Part shown: in pieces, positions 38,860-49,477 of the stretch
Layout: every line of letters begins with the position of its first letter
Numbering within the stretch: the first letter of the stretch is position 1
Assembly (NCBI GenBank): GCA_964348415.1
Contig: CAYGCR010000010.1
Span: 2,385-66,384, forward strand
Direction of reading: 5' to 3'
Length of the DNA stretch: 64,000 nt
Source of the DNA: an uncultured Ignavibacteria bacterium
Lineage (GTDB): Bacteria > Zixibacteria > MSB-5A5 > SM1-73
The notes under the pieces: model-generated
Told to the model about the DNA's origin: nothing
Database searches by the model: none
Seen by the model: the letters and a program-made list of their open reading frames with translations, nothing else
Translations under genes and position numbers: made by a program

Positions 38860-40833
38860 TTGAAGAGGAAAGCCAAGAGTTTAATATTCTCGTCCTTAAC
38901 TCTAATCTGCGGCCCTCTGTTCGCTTCCCAACCATTCTCCCAGACCGTCGAGGATTGCCTGATTTGTCACGGGCACGAGAGTCTCACCAAGGAAGACTCG
39001 ACCGGCAAAGAGATTTCGCTTTTCGTGGACGAATCGCTCTTTGCACACTCGGTTCACCAAATGTTGACCTGCGTGGGCTGTCACGTGGGGGTGGAGGCGG
39101 ACATACACGAGACCACTCCGGGTCCGGTGGAGTGTGGCGTGTGCCACGCAGATGCCGCCGAGCTTTACCAGGGAGGTTACCACTGGCAAAAAAGGCAGGA
39201 AGGTGTGGCGGACGCTCCCGCATGTGCTGATTGTCATACCTACCATAGCATCCGATCATCTGACGATCCGGAAGCGGACACCTATCCAGGCAATCAGCCC
39301 AAAATGTGCGGCAGATGTCATGGCTTGGAAAAAAACGTGTGCAGAAAATCCTATCCTGCTCGCCCCAGTCCGGTTGAGTTGTACATGGAAAGCGTTCACG
39401 GTAGGGGACTTGCCGAAGGTAATTTAGGCATGCCGGTTTGCTCGGATTGCCACAGGAGTCACGATCTGAAGCCTTCCATTGATCCGACTTCACTTTCCCA
39501 CAGGAGCAATGTCGCTTCACTCTGCGCACAGTGTCATCCCGAGGTACAGGAGGAGTGGAGCCGGGACGTTCATGGATCTGCAATTAAAAAGGGGAACCCG
39601 GACGCTCCGGTATGCATCAATTGTCATACCGCTCACGCCATCAAGCCCTCGTCGGATGAGACCTCTTCCACCTTTATTGCAAACCTATCTAAGTACACCT
39701 GCACCTACTGCCACTCCTGGGAGCGGCTCTACCAGAAATATGGATACGTTAGCCGGAGAGTTACCCCATACACTGACATGTACCACGGCGTGGGAGCCAG
39801 GTCGGGAGATACCTCCACCGCAGGCTGCGTGAGCTGTCACACCAGCCATAACGTGAGACCGCAGGACGACCCGCTATCTTCAGTAAATGAGGCCAACCTG
39901 CCCCAGACGTGCGGCAAGTGTCACCAGGGAGCAGGGCCAAACTATGTCAAGGGTTCAATACACATAGATTACACCGACAAGAAAGACATCGGGGTTTGGT
40001 GGACAAGAAGAATCTATCTTCTGCTTATCATAATGGTGGTCGGTGGGATGCTCGCCCACAATGGCGTCATAATGATAAGGTTTGCCAGAGAGCGCTACCG
40101 GGAAGCGAAAAGTGGACGAGTGATAAGATGGACAGGGACAGAGGTAATGTGGCATTTTCTTCTTATCCTCTCTTTCACCACCTTGATCATAACCGGCTTC
40201 GCCTTCAGGTTTCCCGACGCCTGGTGGTCGTCCTGGATGACTGATTCCCCCGCGGCGTTTGCGGCGCGTGGAGTGGCCCATCGGGTAGCTGCACTTTTGT
40301 TTATCGGGCTTTTCGTTTACGGCCTGCTAGGCTCCGGATTCACCAGGAGGGGTTGGCAGCAGATCAAGGCCAAGTTTCCGGTGTTATCGGATTCGACGAA
40401 CGTGGTCGAAAATGTTCTTTACAGCGTGGGCCTGTCGTCCAAGCGCCCTCAGTTCGATCGATACGACTATACCGAGAAGGCGGAATATTGGGCACTGATG
40501 TGGGGCGGATTCGTTATGATCATAACCGGATTCCCCCTGTGGTTCGAAACCTTCTTTTTGGGATTCATTCCAAAATGGCTGTTGGACGTGGCCAAAGCGA
40601 TTCACTATTACGAAGCTTGGCTGGCCACTCTGGCCATACTCGTTTGGCATTTCTTCTTTATGTTCATACATCCGGAAAGCTACCCGATCAACTTCACCGT
40701 CGTCACCGGCACCATGACCGAAGAGGCTTACCTGGAGAGGCATCCTCTCGATTATGAGAAGATGATCGCAAGAGGAGAACTGGCCGGGCAGGAGGGTGAG
40801 GGATTTCCAGTTGAAACGCAGGAATCCGACTGA
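38860..40833 (+). CDS. Multiheme cytochrome c fused to a cytochrome b membrane domain (CbcL-like)
   Basis: 11 CxxCH motifs followed by an FdnI-like TM domain with His ligands (WHFLL, AHRVA, IHYYE, WHFF; YTEKAEYWA). TTG start chosen after an RBS and a TTGACA-N17-TATTTT promoter. Confidence 0.88.
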   Translation: MKRKAKSLIFSSLTLICGPLFASQPFSQTVEDCLICHGHESLTKEDSTGKEISLFVDESLFAHSVHQMLTCVGCHVGVEADIHETTPGPVECGVCHADAAELYQGGYHWQKRQEGVADAPACADCHTYHSIRSSDDPEADTYPGNQPKMCGRCHGLEKNVCRKSYPARPSPVELYMESVHGRGLAEGNLGMPVCSDCHRSHDLKPSIDPTSLSHRSNVASLCAQCHPEVQEEWSRDVHGSAIKKGNPDAPVCINCHTAHAIKPSSDETSSTFIANLSKYTCTYCHSWERLYQKYGYVSRRVTPYTDMYHGVGARSGDTSTAGCVSCHTSHNVRPQDDPLSSVNEANLPQTCGKCHQGAGPNYVKGSIHIDYTDKKDIGVWWTRRIYLLLIIMVVGGMLAHNGVIMIRFARERYREAKSGRVIRWTGTEVMWHFLLILSFTTLIITGFAFRFPDAWWSSWMTDSPAAFAARGVAHRVAALLFIGLFVYGLLGSGFTRRGWQQIKAKFPVLSDSTNVVENVLYSVGLSSKRPQFDRYDYTEKAEYWALMWGGFVMIITGFPLWFETFFLGFIPKWLLDVAKAIHYYEAWLATLAILVWHFFFMFIHPESYPINFTVVTGTMTEEAYLERHPLDYEKMIARGELAGQEGEGFPVETQESD

Positions 40834-41144
40834 TATCCTCAGCAAAAGCCCTTGTCAGATCAGTGTTTGAGCTAGGTGATATGACCTAGCGGGTTTTTCT
40901 TGGATTACTCAAGGGTTTTGTGCCGCTTTGGATGTGGTCATCCACCTTGGTCCCGCGGGATGATACCATCTTGGGGACGGGCAGAAATCCGAACAGTTAG
41001 CCTGACAGCATGCAGATAAGAGGTTGAACAGAAAGTGCTTGTGAGAAAGGGAGATTGTGTTATATTGAAATTGTGGCGTTCACTGACAGATAGCACGCGC
41101 CGACCGGGATTGCCTTTTGTCATCTCTCTCGGGGGTCAGAAGAG

Positions 41145-42992
41145 ATGAGGCGTAATGGACAACAAAGAAAGCCAGGCAACAGTCCTACCCGCAATGACCT
41201 TTTTTTGGCAATTGTCATATTTGGCTTGGCTTTCGCGGTCAAACTGATTTACTTGGCCCAGATAGAATCTTCGTTGCCCTTCTTTTCAACCCCAACGCTG
41301 GACGAGCTCTACCACGATACGTGGGCACAACAGATCGCCTCTGGCGACTGGGCAGGAAATGAGCCGTTTTTCCGGGCGCCTCTCTACGTGTATTTGCTGG
41401 CGCTCATGTACAAGGTATTCGGACACTCTCTGCTTCTGCCCCGGCTCTTCCAGATGGTGCTGGGCTCATTGAGCTGTGTTCTGGTGTTTTTCATAGCCAA
41501 GAAGCTGTTCAACGGGACCGTTGCCATCCTCTCAGCCATAATGGCCTGCTTCTACGCTATGCTCATTTTCTATGACCTTCAACTCTTGATCACCTCTCTG
41601 CTGGTTTTTGTTGACCTGGTCATCATAGGCCTGCTTATCCGTGCCGGCGAAAAACCGAAATCTCTAAACTGGCTTTTGTGCGGGCTGGTACTGGGGCTTT
41701 CGGCCATCGCCCGGCCCAACATCCTGGCCTTTGTTCCCTTTATCTTGATATGGATGTTCTTCCAGTTCAAGACTGCACTCCGCACAAGAGCGATCTTGAC
41801 TCGTTGGGCCATCCTCTGTGCTGGCGTTCTGCTCATGATTGCTCCGGTCGGCCTGCGGAACTATCTGGTGGGCAAAGACCTGGTGCTTATCGCCTGGCAA
41901 GGAGGTATGAACTTCTATTTGGGCAACAACCCTGATGCGACGGGATATACAGCTGCGTCGGCCTCGATCGGCAGAGACCTGACAGGAGGGATTGAACGAA
42001 CTAGGACCGTTGCAGAGCAAGAAGTTGGAAGAAAACTAAAACCTTCGGAAATATCCGGCTTTTGGTACAAGAAAGGCGTTGACTTCATCTTATCCCAACC
42101 CTTAGACTGGCTCAAACTAATGGGCAAAAAAACGGTCTATTTCTGGAAAGGCTACGAGATCTCTAACACCCAAAACGTGTACACTCACAAGGAATTCTCC
42201 CCTCTGTTTGATCTTTTGCTGGGCAGTGGAGTCGTCTATCTTCCTTTCGGTCTCATAGGGCCGTTATCCATAATGGGGTTGCTGGTCAGTCTGAAAAATC
42301 CAAGAAAATATCTTTTGCTTTATCTTTTCATCCTCTCATATTCAGCTTCCATAATTGTCTTTTTCGTTTGCTCTCGCTTCCGGATGCCGGTGATTCCGCT
42401 TCTGCTCATGTTCAGCTCGTTTTTCTTGTGGTGGTTATTTCGGAAAATAAAAAGCAAGCAGAGCACTAGCGTTTTGATCTCCCTGTGTGCAGTTGCCATA
42501 CTGGTTGTGGTTTTGAATACCAGGCTGGAAAACTTGGTGGGAGACCAACGTTTCGCTGACCATTACTCCCTGGGAGCAAGCTATCAGCAACTGGGCAGGT
42601 GGGACGAAGCCATACAAGAATACAGAACATCCCTGGAGTTTCGTCCCAATTTCGCTCATGCCCACCATGGTTTGGCTTATGTTTATGAGAAATTAGACAA
42701 AATCGACTTAGCAATTCAGGAATATGGCAACGCCATTCGTGGTGATCCTCCTTTTGAGAGTTCCTACAATAACCTGGGCGTTCTCTACCACAAGAGGGGC
42801 GAGATAGACAAGGCGATTGAGCTATACTCGGAAGCCATCAGATTGAACCAAGGGTACGAGGAGGCTCGCATCAACTTAGGTATCGCTTACTCCGATAAAG
42901 GGATGGCAAACAAGGCAAGGGAGCAGTGGAAGAAAGTCCTGCAGATCAACCCCACCAACAAGGCAGCTTTGACTTTGTTGAAACGCAGATAA
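41145..42992 (+). CDS. GT-C (ArnT/PMT-like) glycosyltransferase with C-terminal TPRs, paralog 1
   Basis: LDELYHDTWA, PFFRAPLY, RPN, NFYLGNNP and RFRMP motifs; many TM segments; TPRs. Confidence 0.88.
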   Translation: MRRNGQQRKPGNSPTRNDLFLAIVIFGLAFAVKLIYLAQIESSLPFFSTPTLDELYHDTWAQQIASGDWAGNEPFFRAPLYVYLLALMYKVFGHSLLLPRLFQMVLGSLSCVLVFFIAKKLFNGTVAILSAIMACFYAMLIFYDLQLLITSLLVFVDLVIIGLLIRAGEKPKSLNWLLCGLVLGLSAIARPNILAFVPFILIWMFFQFKTALRTRAILTRWAILCAGVLLMIAPVGLRNYLVGKDLVLIAWQGGMNFYLGNNPDATGYTAASASIGRDLTGGIERTRTVAEQEVGRKLKPSEISGFWYKKGVDFILSQPLDWLKLMGKKTVYFWKGYEISNTQNVYTHKEFSPLFDLLLGSGVVYLPFGLIGPLSIMGLLVSLKNPRKYLLLYLFILSYSASIIVFFVCSRFRMPVIPLLLMFSSFFLWWLFRKIKSKQSTSVLISLCAVAILVVVLNTRLENLVGDQRFADHYSLGASYQQLGRWDEAIQEYRTSLEFRPNFAHAHHGLAYVYEKLDKIDLAIQEYGNAIRGDPPFESSYNNLGVLYHKRGEIDKAIELYSEAIRLNQGYEEARINLGIAYSDKGMANKAREQWKKVLQINPTNKAALTLLKRR

Positions 42993-43234
42993 TCACCTGT
43001 CTTACCCCCTCTTTCCGTCAGGTGACCGTGGCCTCAAACCACGGGGAGTCTTTCCGCACGAAGACAACTCTGACAGAACCGTTCATTTGGCGTAACCTGC
43101 TGTCGAAGAATGGCGGTGACGCAGGTTTCAGTCCCCCACGCGGAACGCCTTAGCAGCCGGATGGATTAGGCCCGAAGAGACAGGACCGCGAGGCGCAGAA
43201 ACATATGTCCCGGGACTATCCGATGGGAGAGGAG

Positions 43235-43764
43235 GTGATCAGCTGGATGGCCGCCTCGGGTGAAGCAGCTCGATAATGAAGGCGGCCGGAATCTTGTACC
43301 ACCAGCTCCCCTTTCAACGAACCTAGCTCCCTTAAGGCCAACAGGTTCACCTTTATTCTCGGAACGTATTTGGTCCTTTATCTCTTTAGTGTCGACGGGT
43401 CGCAGGTAGCCGGAAAGGTATTCAGCCGCGAATACGTGGCAGGTGCGTTCGGTTCCTCCTTCCCCGCAGGTGAAGGTAAGGTCAACTTGATTCTGGCCCC
43501 GGTCTCCTCATATGTCTCCCGGTTGGCGGAGAGCTCGATATCCTCGCCCGGCTTGATTCCTCAGTTGGGCGCACGATAGAGCTCCTCCGGAAACCAGGGT
43601 TTTGCCATGACGATGACTTACTGCGTTTGAGAACGAAGAGCATGACATCTGAGTTCGGTCCCTCATGCTCTCTCTGAGCATCTCAAATTCAGAGTGATCC
43701 AGGGGAAGGAGGTGGTCAACTCGCGGAGCTTGCCGTATCTTTTTCCGATGCTTTCGAGCATCAT
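43235..43764 (-). pseudogene. Decayed NUDIX hydrolase copy
   Basis: Nucleotide and peptide similarity to 46450-47001 (MLESIGKRYGKLREL vs MLEQIERKYGKPREL) with frameshifts and stops. Confidence 0.8.
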
Positions 43765-43792
43765 ACTTCTTGAGCGTACTTGGCGTTTCTCG

Positions 43793-43846
43793 CCTCTCCC
43801 CCAGACCCCCCTCTCCCTTTCCTGAAGAGGGGACCCGGGGGTGAGG
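43793..43846. repeat. CCCTC-family REP hairpin
   Basis: Same position between cupin and NUDIX as the copy at 47048. Confidence 0.6.
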
Positions 43847-43934
43847 TCTGTTAGCTGCTCAAGTTCCCACGATTTCACCTACCAGGGGCAACTGAAGCTG
43901 TAACGAATTTGTACTTCAACAGAGTTCGTGCTAC

Positions 43935-44105
43935 CTCTTGATGAGAACCAGGCACAGAAAAACCAACTTTTCGGAGGAAGCGTTTTTGCACCGGTGGCTT
44001 TCTTCCCCTGGCAGCAACACCGCATCACTTTCATTCAAAAGGAAGTGTCCTTTGATCCGTGATTATATTCCCTTTCGCCTCCAGGATGAACAGCTCATGT
44101 TCGCG
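43935..44105 (-). pseudogene. Decayed, 5'-truncated cupin copy
   Basis: Similar to the 3' half of 47163-47504 (EHELFILE, DAVLLPGEESHR, KLVFLCLV) with a frameshift. Confidence 0.75.
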
Positions 44106-44443
44106 TCCCCCAGGTCACCTGACCCGGCCGTTTTTTTGTCCTGGTTAGACAAACTCTGACCCTCAGGTAATCCGTCCAGAGGCGCGGCCAGAGACCCCTC
44201 TTGAACTTCACCAGCGGGAATAGCAATATGCGTCACCACTCGCTTTGACGATCTCATAAGATATCCTCAAGCAACTGAGCCAATGTCTGGACGCGTGGCC
44301 CGTGACGGCAATGTAAAGCCGGTAGCGGGCCTCCCAAAAGCCTTGCCAGAGGCTTCAACCGTGTTATATTAGAGGTGTAAGGTTAGCTAATCCCTGCCAC
44401 CACCGGAAGCCTTGCTGGCTTTCGCGGGACGGAAAGGAAGCAG

Positions 44444-46291
44444 ATGGGAAGGAAAAAGCCAGAGAGACAGAGTTTGCGGGCCAGCGGGTGGAACAAGTTG
44501 TACCTGCCTATTGCTATCTTTCTTCTGGCTTTCTGCATAAGATTCATTTATCTGATTCAGATAAGCTCCTCGTTACCCTTCTTTTGGGCCCCGATACTGG
44601 ATGAACTTTACCACGATACCTGGGCACAGCAAATCGCCGCGGGAGAAGGGGGTGGAACTGAGCCGTTCTTTCGCGCCCCTCTTTACGTCTACCTCTTGGC
44701 GTTGGTGTACAAGGTCGTGGGGCACAATCTGTTTCTGGCGCGGCTCTTCCACGTTCTGCTGGGATCGCTAAGTTGTGTTCTGATTCTCTTGATAGCGACA
44801 AAACTGTTCAACCGCACGGTAGGAATTCTATCATCGGTCACCGCTTGCTTTTACGCCATGCTGGTTTTCTATGATGCTCAACTGCTGATCACCACTCTGG
44901 TGGTCTTTCTTGATCTCGCGCTGATAGCTCTGCTTATCCGAGCAGATGAAAAACCCTCGCCTCTGAACTGGCTTTTGAGTGGCGCAGTACTGGGACTTTC
45001 CGCCATCGCCCGACCGAACATACTCGTCTTCCTTCCCTTCATCTTGATATGGATGATCTTCCGATTCAAAAACCGACTCGAGGGGAGGGCGATCTTGATT
45101 CGTGCGGCCGTCCTCTTGGTGGGAGCCGCGTTGATGATTGCGCCGGTTACTCTGCGGAATTACTTTGTGGGCAAAGATCTCGTACTCATAGCCTGGCAAG
45201 GAGGTCTCAACTTCTATTTGGGCAATAACCCGGACGCTACTGGCTATACACCTGTCTCGCCTTTGACCGGTGGAGACTTGGTGGGAGCGATAGGACGAGC
45301 CACGGCCGTAGCAGAGCAGGAAACGAAACGAGCACTGAGACCGTCCGAGATCTCTGCTTTTTGGTATAGGAAGGGAGTTGATTTCATGGTGTCCCAGCCC
45401 TTAAACTGGCTCAGATTGCTGGGCAAGAAAATCACCTATTTCTGGAAAGGGTACGAAATCTCAAACCCTCTGAATATCTATCTACATAAGAAATTCTCTT
45501 CCCTTTTCAATTTCCTATTGGGCGGAGGGATTATTTATATCCCTTTTGGACTCATTGGACCATTTTCCATACTGGGGCTTTTCTTCACGCTGAAAAGATG
45601 GAGAGAGTACCTTCTGCTCTATCTTTTCATCTTCTCATATTCCGCCTCCGTGATCGTCTTTTTTGTTTGCGGTCGCTTCCGGATGCCCGTTATTCCGCTT
45701 CTACTCATGTTTAGCTCATTCTTCTTATGGTGGTTATATGGGAAAATAAAAAGCAAGCAGACCACTAGGATTCTAATCTCCCTGTGCGCCCTGGCCATCC
45801 TGGTTGTGGCTTTGAATACCCGGCTGGAACCCCTGGCCGGAGATCAGCGTTATGCCGACCACTACTCGCTCGGCACAAGCTACGGGAATCTCGGCAGGTG
45901 GAATGAAGCCATGCAGGAATTCAAGGCCTCTCTGAAATTCTATCCCAATTACGCCCCTTCCCATCATGGTTTGGGCATCGTTTATGACCGATTGGGCAAA
46001 ACGGACTTGGCGATTCAAGAATACAGGCAAGCCATCCGTTGTGACCCTTCTTTTGAACTGGCATACAACGACCTTGGTATTCTGTACTACAAGAAAGGAG
46101 AGGTGGATCGTGCTATTGAGCTTTATCTGAAAGCCATCAGGTTAAACGAAAGACATGAGGCGGCTCGCATCAACTTGGGTTACGCCTACCTGAAGAAAGG
46201 ATTAAGAGAAGAGGCTAGAGAACAATGGAGGAAGGTTCTGGAATTGAACCCCACCAACAAGTTAGCGATAGATTTGTTGAGAAGCAAGTAG
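44444..46291 (+). CDS. GT-C (ArnT/PMT-like) glycosyltransferase with TPRs, paralog 2
   Basis: Same length (615 aa) and motifs as 41145-42992. Confidence 0.88.
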   Translation: MGRKKPERQSLRASGWNKLYLPIAIFLLAFCIRFIYLIQISSSLPFFWAPILDELYHDTWAQQIAAGEGGGTEPFFRAPLYVYLLALVYKVVGHNLFLARLFHVLLGSLSCVLILLIATKLFNRTVGILSSVTACFYAMLVFYDAQLLITTLVVFLDLALIALLIRADEKPSPLNWLLSGAVLGLSAIARPNILVFLPFILIWMIFRFKNRLEGRAILIRAAVLLVGAALMIAPVTLRNYFVGKDLVLIAWQGGLNFYLGNNPDATGYTPVSPLTGGDLVGAIGRATAVAEQETKRALRPSEISAFWYRKGVDFMVSQPLNWLRLLGKKITYFWKGYEISNPLNIYLHKKFSSLFNFLLGGGIIYIPFGLIGPFSILGLFFTLKRWREYLLLYLFIFSYSASVIVFFVCGRFRMPVIPLLLMFSSFFLWWLYGKIKSKQTTRILISLCALAILVVALNTRLEPLAGDQRYADHYSLGTSYGNLGRWNEAMQEFKASLKFYPNYAPSHHGLGIVYDRLGKTDLAIQEYRQAIRCDPSFELAYNDLGILYYKKGEVDRAIELYLKAIRLNERHEAARINLGYAYLKKGLREEAREQWRKVLELNPTNKLAIDLLRSK

Positions 46292-46449
46292 CGCATATTT
46301 CTTGGGTTTCCATCTATGGCACGGTCGCAGCTTCAGGTCCTGGTGATGCCAACCAACCTCTCATCTGTACAGGCTTTGCCCTCGCCGAACAATAGATTGG
46401 CCCTTACCCACTCATTAACCCGATGGTTTCAAAGACACCTACGGTTATC

Positions 46450-47001
46450 TCATTTCTTGCGGGACAATAATATCTGCTTTATCGCCGCCTCGGTCAAGGC
46501 AGCGCGATAGTGAAGCCCGCCTGAATCCTGCGCCAGAAGTCTCCTTTTGAGCGCAGAAAGCTCTCCCAGAGTTAGCAGTGTAACTTCCTTTATCTCCTTA
46601 GTATCGATGGGGTGTGGATGGCCCGATAGGTACCTTGCGGCGAAGATGTGGCTGGTCCATTTTTCACCGACCTGGCCGCAGGTGAAGGTGACATGAATTC
46701 TGAGTAAGTACGTGACCAGTTCGATTGTGACTCCCGTTTCTTCGTACGCCTCCCTTTTGGCTGACAGCTCGATATCCTCACCCGGCTTAATGCCCCCGCT
46801 GGGAGCACGATAAAGCCCTTCCGGATACCAGGGCTTAGCAATCACTATTACTTTTTCGTTTTTGAGAATGAAGAGGGTGACGTCCGAATTCCGACCATCC
46901 CTCATGCTCTCTTTCAGCATCTCAAATTCGGAGGGATTCATGGGAAAGGACATGGCTAATTCGCGAGGCTTCCCGTATTTTCTTTCGATCTGCTCAAGCA
47001 T
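46450..47001 (-). CDS. NUDIX hydrolase
   Basis: GGIKPGEDIELSAKREAYEETG Nudix box. Confidence 0.92.
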   Translation of the reverse strand: MLEQIERKYGKPRELAMSFPMNPSEFEMLKESMRDGRNSDVTLFILKNEKVIVIAKPWYPEGLYRAPSGGIKPGEDIELSAKREAYEETGVTIELVTYLLRIHVTFTCGQVGEKWTSHIFAARYLSGHPHPIDTKEIKEVTLLTLGELSALKRRLLAQDSGGLHYRAALTEAAIKQILLSRKK

Positions 47002-47047
47002 ATTCCAGTGGTTGAAACGAGAGGCCTAAGCTCCTCTGCTGTGCGTA

Positions 47048-47103
47048 CCTCACTCCCTTGGTCCCCTTTCCACATAGCGGAGACGAGGATACAGGGGGAG
47101 AGG
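47048..47103. repeat. CCCTC-family REP hairpin
   Basis: cctcactccc..gggggagagg imperfect hairpin. Confidence 0.6.
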
Positions 47104-47162
47104 TCTTTGCGGTAACGTTTTCGGGACCTACTACTGGTCTGACGGTCAGATATGCCGGAATC

Positions 47163-47504
47163 TCATCTCTCAATGGGAACCAAGCACAGAAAAGCCAGCT
47201 TCTCCCGGGATGAGCTCTTGAACTGGTGATTTTCCCCACCCGGCACAAACACCGCATCGCCTTTGTTTAAAGCAAAAGTGCCCCGATCGGTGACAAAACT
47301 TCCCGTGCCTTCCAGTATGAACACCTCATGCTCCGACTTATGCTGATGAAAGGGGGTGTTTCCACCGGGCTCTATTTCGAACAGCCGCATGGCGAAATTG
47401 GGAGCCCCATCTTTCTCGGATATGAGCCACCTGATGGTAACCCCCTGGACATCTGGGTCCCCAACTTTCCTTGCCTCGATATCCTTTAGATTTGTTATTT
47501 TCAT
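47163..47504 (-). CDS. Cupin-domain protein
   Basis: PGGNTPFHQHKSEHEVFILEG and VFVPGGENHQF motifs. Confidence 0.92.
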   Translation of the reverse strand: MKITNLKDIEARKVGDPDVQGVTIRWLISEKDGAPNFAMRLFEIEPGGNTPFHQHKSEHEVFILEGTGSFVTDRGTFALNKGDAVFVPGGENHQFKSSSREKLAFLCLVPIER

Positions 47505-47536
47505 GCTTTCTCCTTTGCCGACCCTTGCGCCTGGTT

Positions 47537-48553
47537 TCAGGATTGAACCCTTCTTCCGGTAGATTTATCGAAAAGGTGTAGTTTCTGCTTGCGGGGGATG
47601 AGCCACACTTGCCTGTCCTCCGGCATGCTCTCCTCAGGCTTGAGTCTGACAGCAATCAAGAGATCAGAGATATCCACATAGAGGTAGTTATCGGAACCCA
47701 ACGTTTCGGTGACGCTGCTTCTTCCGGAAATACCGTCGCCGGTCTCGGTCAAGGAGATGGAGAAATCTTCCGGACGAATGCCCACGGTTACTTTCTCATC
47801 TCGGACTTGCGGCACTCTATCTCCTGAAATGAAATTCATCGGCGGACTGCCTATAAAGCCGGCGCAGAAGCCGTCGGCTGGCTTCTGGTAAATCTCCTCT
47901 GGAGTCCCCACCTGCAGGATCTTTCCGTCTCTCATCACTGCTAGCCTGTCGCTTAAGGTCATGGCTTCGGCCTGATCGTGAGTTACATAGATTATGGTGG
48001 TCTTGATCTTCTTATGCAGTCTTTTCAGCTCAGTGCGCATGCGCAGCCTGAGTTTGGCATCCAGGTTTGAGAGAGGTTCGTCCAGAAGCAAGACTTTGGG
48101 CTCCAGGACCAGTGCTCGGCCCAAAGCCACCCTCTGTCTCTGTCCGCCGGAAAGTTCCTTGGGAAGCCTTTTTTCAAAGCCGGCAAGCCCCAGAAGATCA
48201 ATCACCCACTTAATCCTCTCTGTTTTCTTTTCTAAGCTTCTCTTTCTGATCTTCATTCCGAATGCGAGGTTGGATTCCACGCTCATGTGAGGAAATAGGG
48301 CGTAGCTTTGAAACACCATGGAGATGTTGCGTTTCTGTGGCGGAAGATCATTGACCCTCTGTCCGTCAATAAAGATGTCTCCGGCGGTGGGATTTTCCAA
48401 TCCTGCAACCGCTCTCAAGGTTGTCGACTTGCCGCATCCAGAAGGTCCCACCAGAGTCAGAAATTCACCATCCTCTATGTGGAGGCTGACATTGTTTACT
48501 GCTAAAACGTCTTTGAATCTCTTGGTCAAGTTCTTCAGTTTGACCTCAGCCAC
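47537..48553 (-). CDS. Carbohydrate ABC transporter ATP-binding subunit (MalK-like)
   Basis: GPSGCGKST, LSGGQRQR and FIGSPPMN motifs. Confidence 0.93.
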   Translation of the reverse strand: MAEVKLKNLTKRFKDVLAVNNVSLHIEDGEFLTLVGPSGCGKSTTLRAVAGLENPTAGDIFIDGQRVNDLPPQKRNISMVFQSYALFPHMSVESNLAFGMKIRKRSLEKKTERIKWVIDLLGLAGFEKRLPKELSGGQRQRVALGRALVLEPKVLLLDEPLSNLDAKLRLRMRTELKRLHKKIKTTIIYVTHDQAEAMTLSDRLAVMRDGKILQVGTPEEIYQKPADGFCAGFIGSPPMNFISGDRVPQVRDEKVTVGIRPEDFSISLTETGDGISGRSSVTETLGSDNYLYVDISDLLIAVRLKPEESMPEDRQVWLIPRKQKLHLFDKSTGRRVQS

Positions 48554-48576
48554 GAATAACCTCTACTTCCTTTGTA

Positions 48577-48634
48577 CCTCACCCCCTGTATCCCCCTCTC
48601 CATATAATGGAGAGAGGGAATAGAGCGGGAGAGG
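48577..48634. repeat. CCCTC-family REP hairpin
   Basis: Closely similar to 27250-27307. Confidence 0.7.
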
Positions 48635-49459
48635 TCATTTCACCGCTCCTGCGGTCAGTCCTTCCCGCATGTACCTTTGCACCAGGAAGGTGAAGATGAT
48701 CACCGGTATACATATCAAAAGCGAGATGGCGGATATGAAATTCTTCTGCGGCGACCAGCTTAAGATCCTCAAAAGATACACCGGCAATGTAGTCTCAGTC
48801 CCCTGAAATGTCAAAAAATAAGCGAAGATGAATTCATTCCACGAAAGGAAAAAGGTGTAAATAGCCGCAGCTCCCAGACCGGGTAATGCCAGAGGGGTTA
48901 AGATCCTTAGAAATGTTCGGGACTTACCTGCACCTAAAACAAATGCCTGTTCCTCCAAATCTCTGGGAATGGATTCGAACACTCCCTTGGCAATATAGAC
49001 CGTGTAAGGCAAGCCCAGCAAGGTATGAGCCAGACCCACCAGAACGACAGGGGGTAAAAGGGAGAAGGGTCGAGAAAGCAGCAGTTCTGCTACGGGAATT
49101 ACCGCGGAAATGTCGGGGAAGAGTCTGACCGACAAGAGAAAGAAAAGCAGAATCGCCATACCGGGGATTCTGAATCGAGCTAAAGCGTAGGCTGTGGGCG
49201 CCCCCAGGAGAAGAGAAAAAGCCACCGCAAGAAGCCCCACCCAAAGACTGGTCAAACCCGCCTTGATAAAATCGCCTCTGGACCACAGCACCCCGAACAT
49301 TTCCAAAGTGGGTTTGAATGGGAAAAATGGCTCTGGATAATCTCCACCGGTGACAATGCTCTCCCTGTCGGAGATGCTGTATTTGGTCATCATGAACAGA
49401 GGAAAGATTATGAAAAAAAGGACAATTCCGATCAGGCCCAATTTCAGAACTCTCATCAC
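48635..49459 (-). CDS. Carbohydrate ABC permease (MalG-like)
   Basis: EAA-like loop, WNEFIFA, C-terminal GLTAGAVK. Confidence 0.92.
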   Translation of the reverse strand: MMRVLKLGLIGIVLFFIIFPLFMMTKYSISDRESIVTGGDYPEPFFPFKPTLEMFGVLWSRGDFIKAGLTSLWVGLLAVAFSLLLGAPTAYALARFRIPGMAILLFFLLSVRLFPDISAVIPVAELLLSRPFSLLPPVVLVGLAHTLLGLPYTVYIAKGVFESIPRDLEEQAFVLGAGKSRTFLRILTPLALPGLGAAAIYTFFLSWNEFIFAYFLTFQGTETTLPVYLLRILSWSPQKNFISAISLLICIPVIIFTFLVQRYMREGLTAGAVK

Positions 49460-49477
49460 CGGAGAGACCTTTCTTAT

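Noticed and set aside
43017..43055. ZTP riboswitch-like motif (gtgac..ccacggggag)
   Set aside because: It lacks the CUGGCG core and the 3' pseudoknot hairpin, and there is no suitable downstream gene.
41145..46291. DGR template/variable repeat pair or assembly artefact
   Set aside because: Differences are spread over all bases and the full gene length, no reverse transcriptase is present, and divergence is too high for a misassembly.
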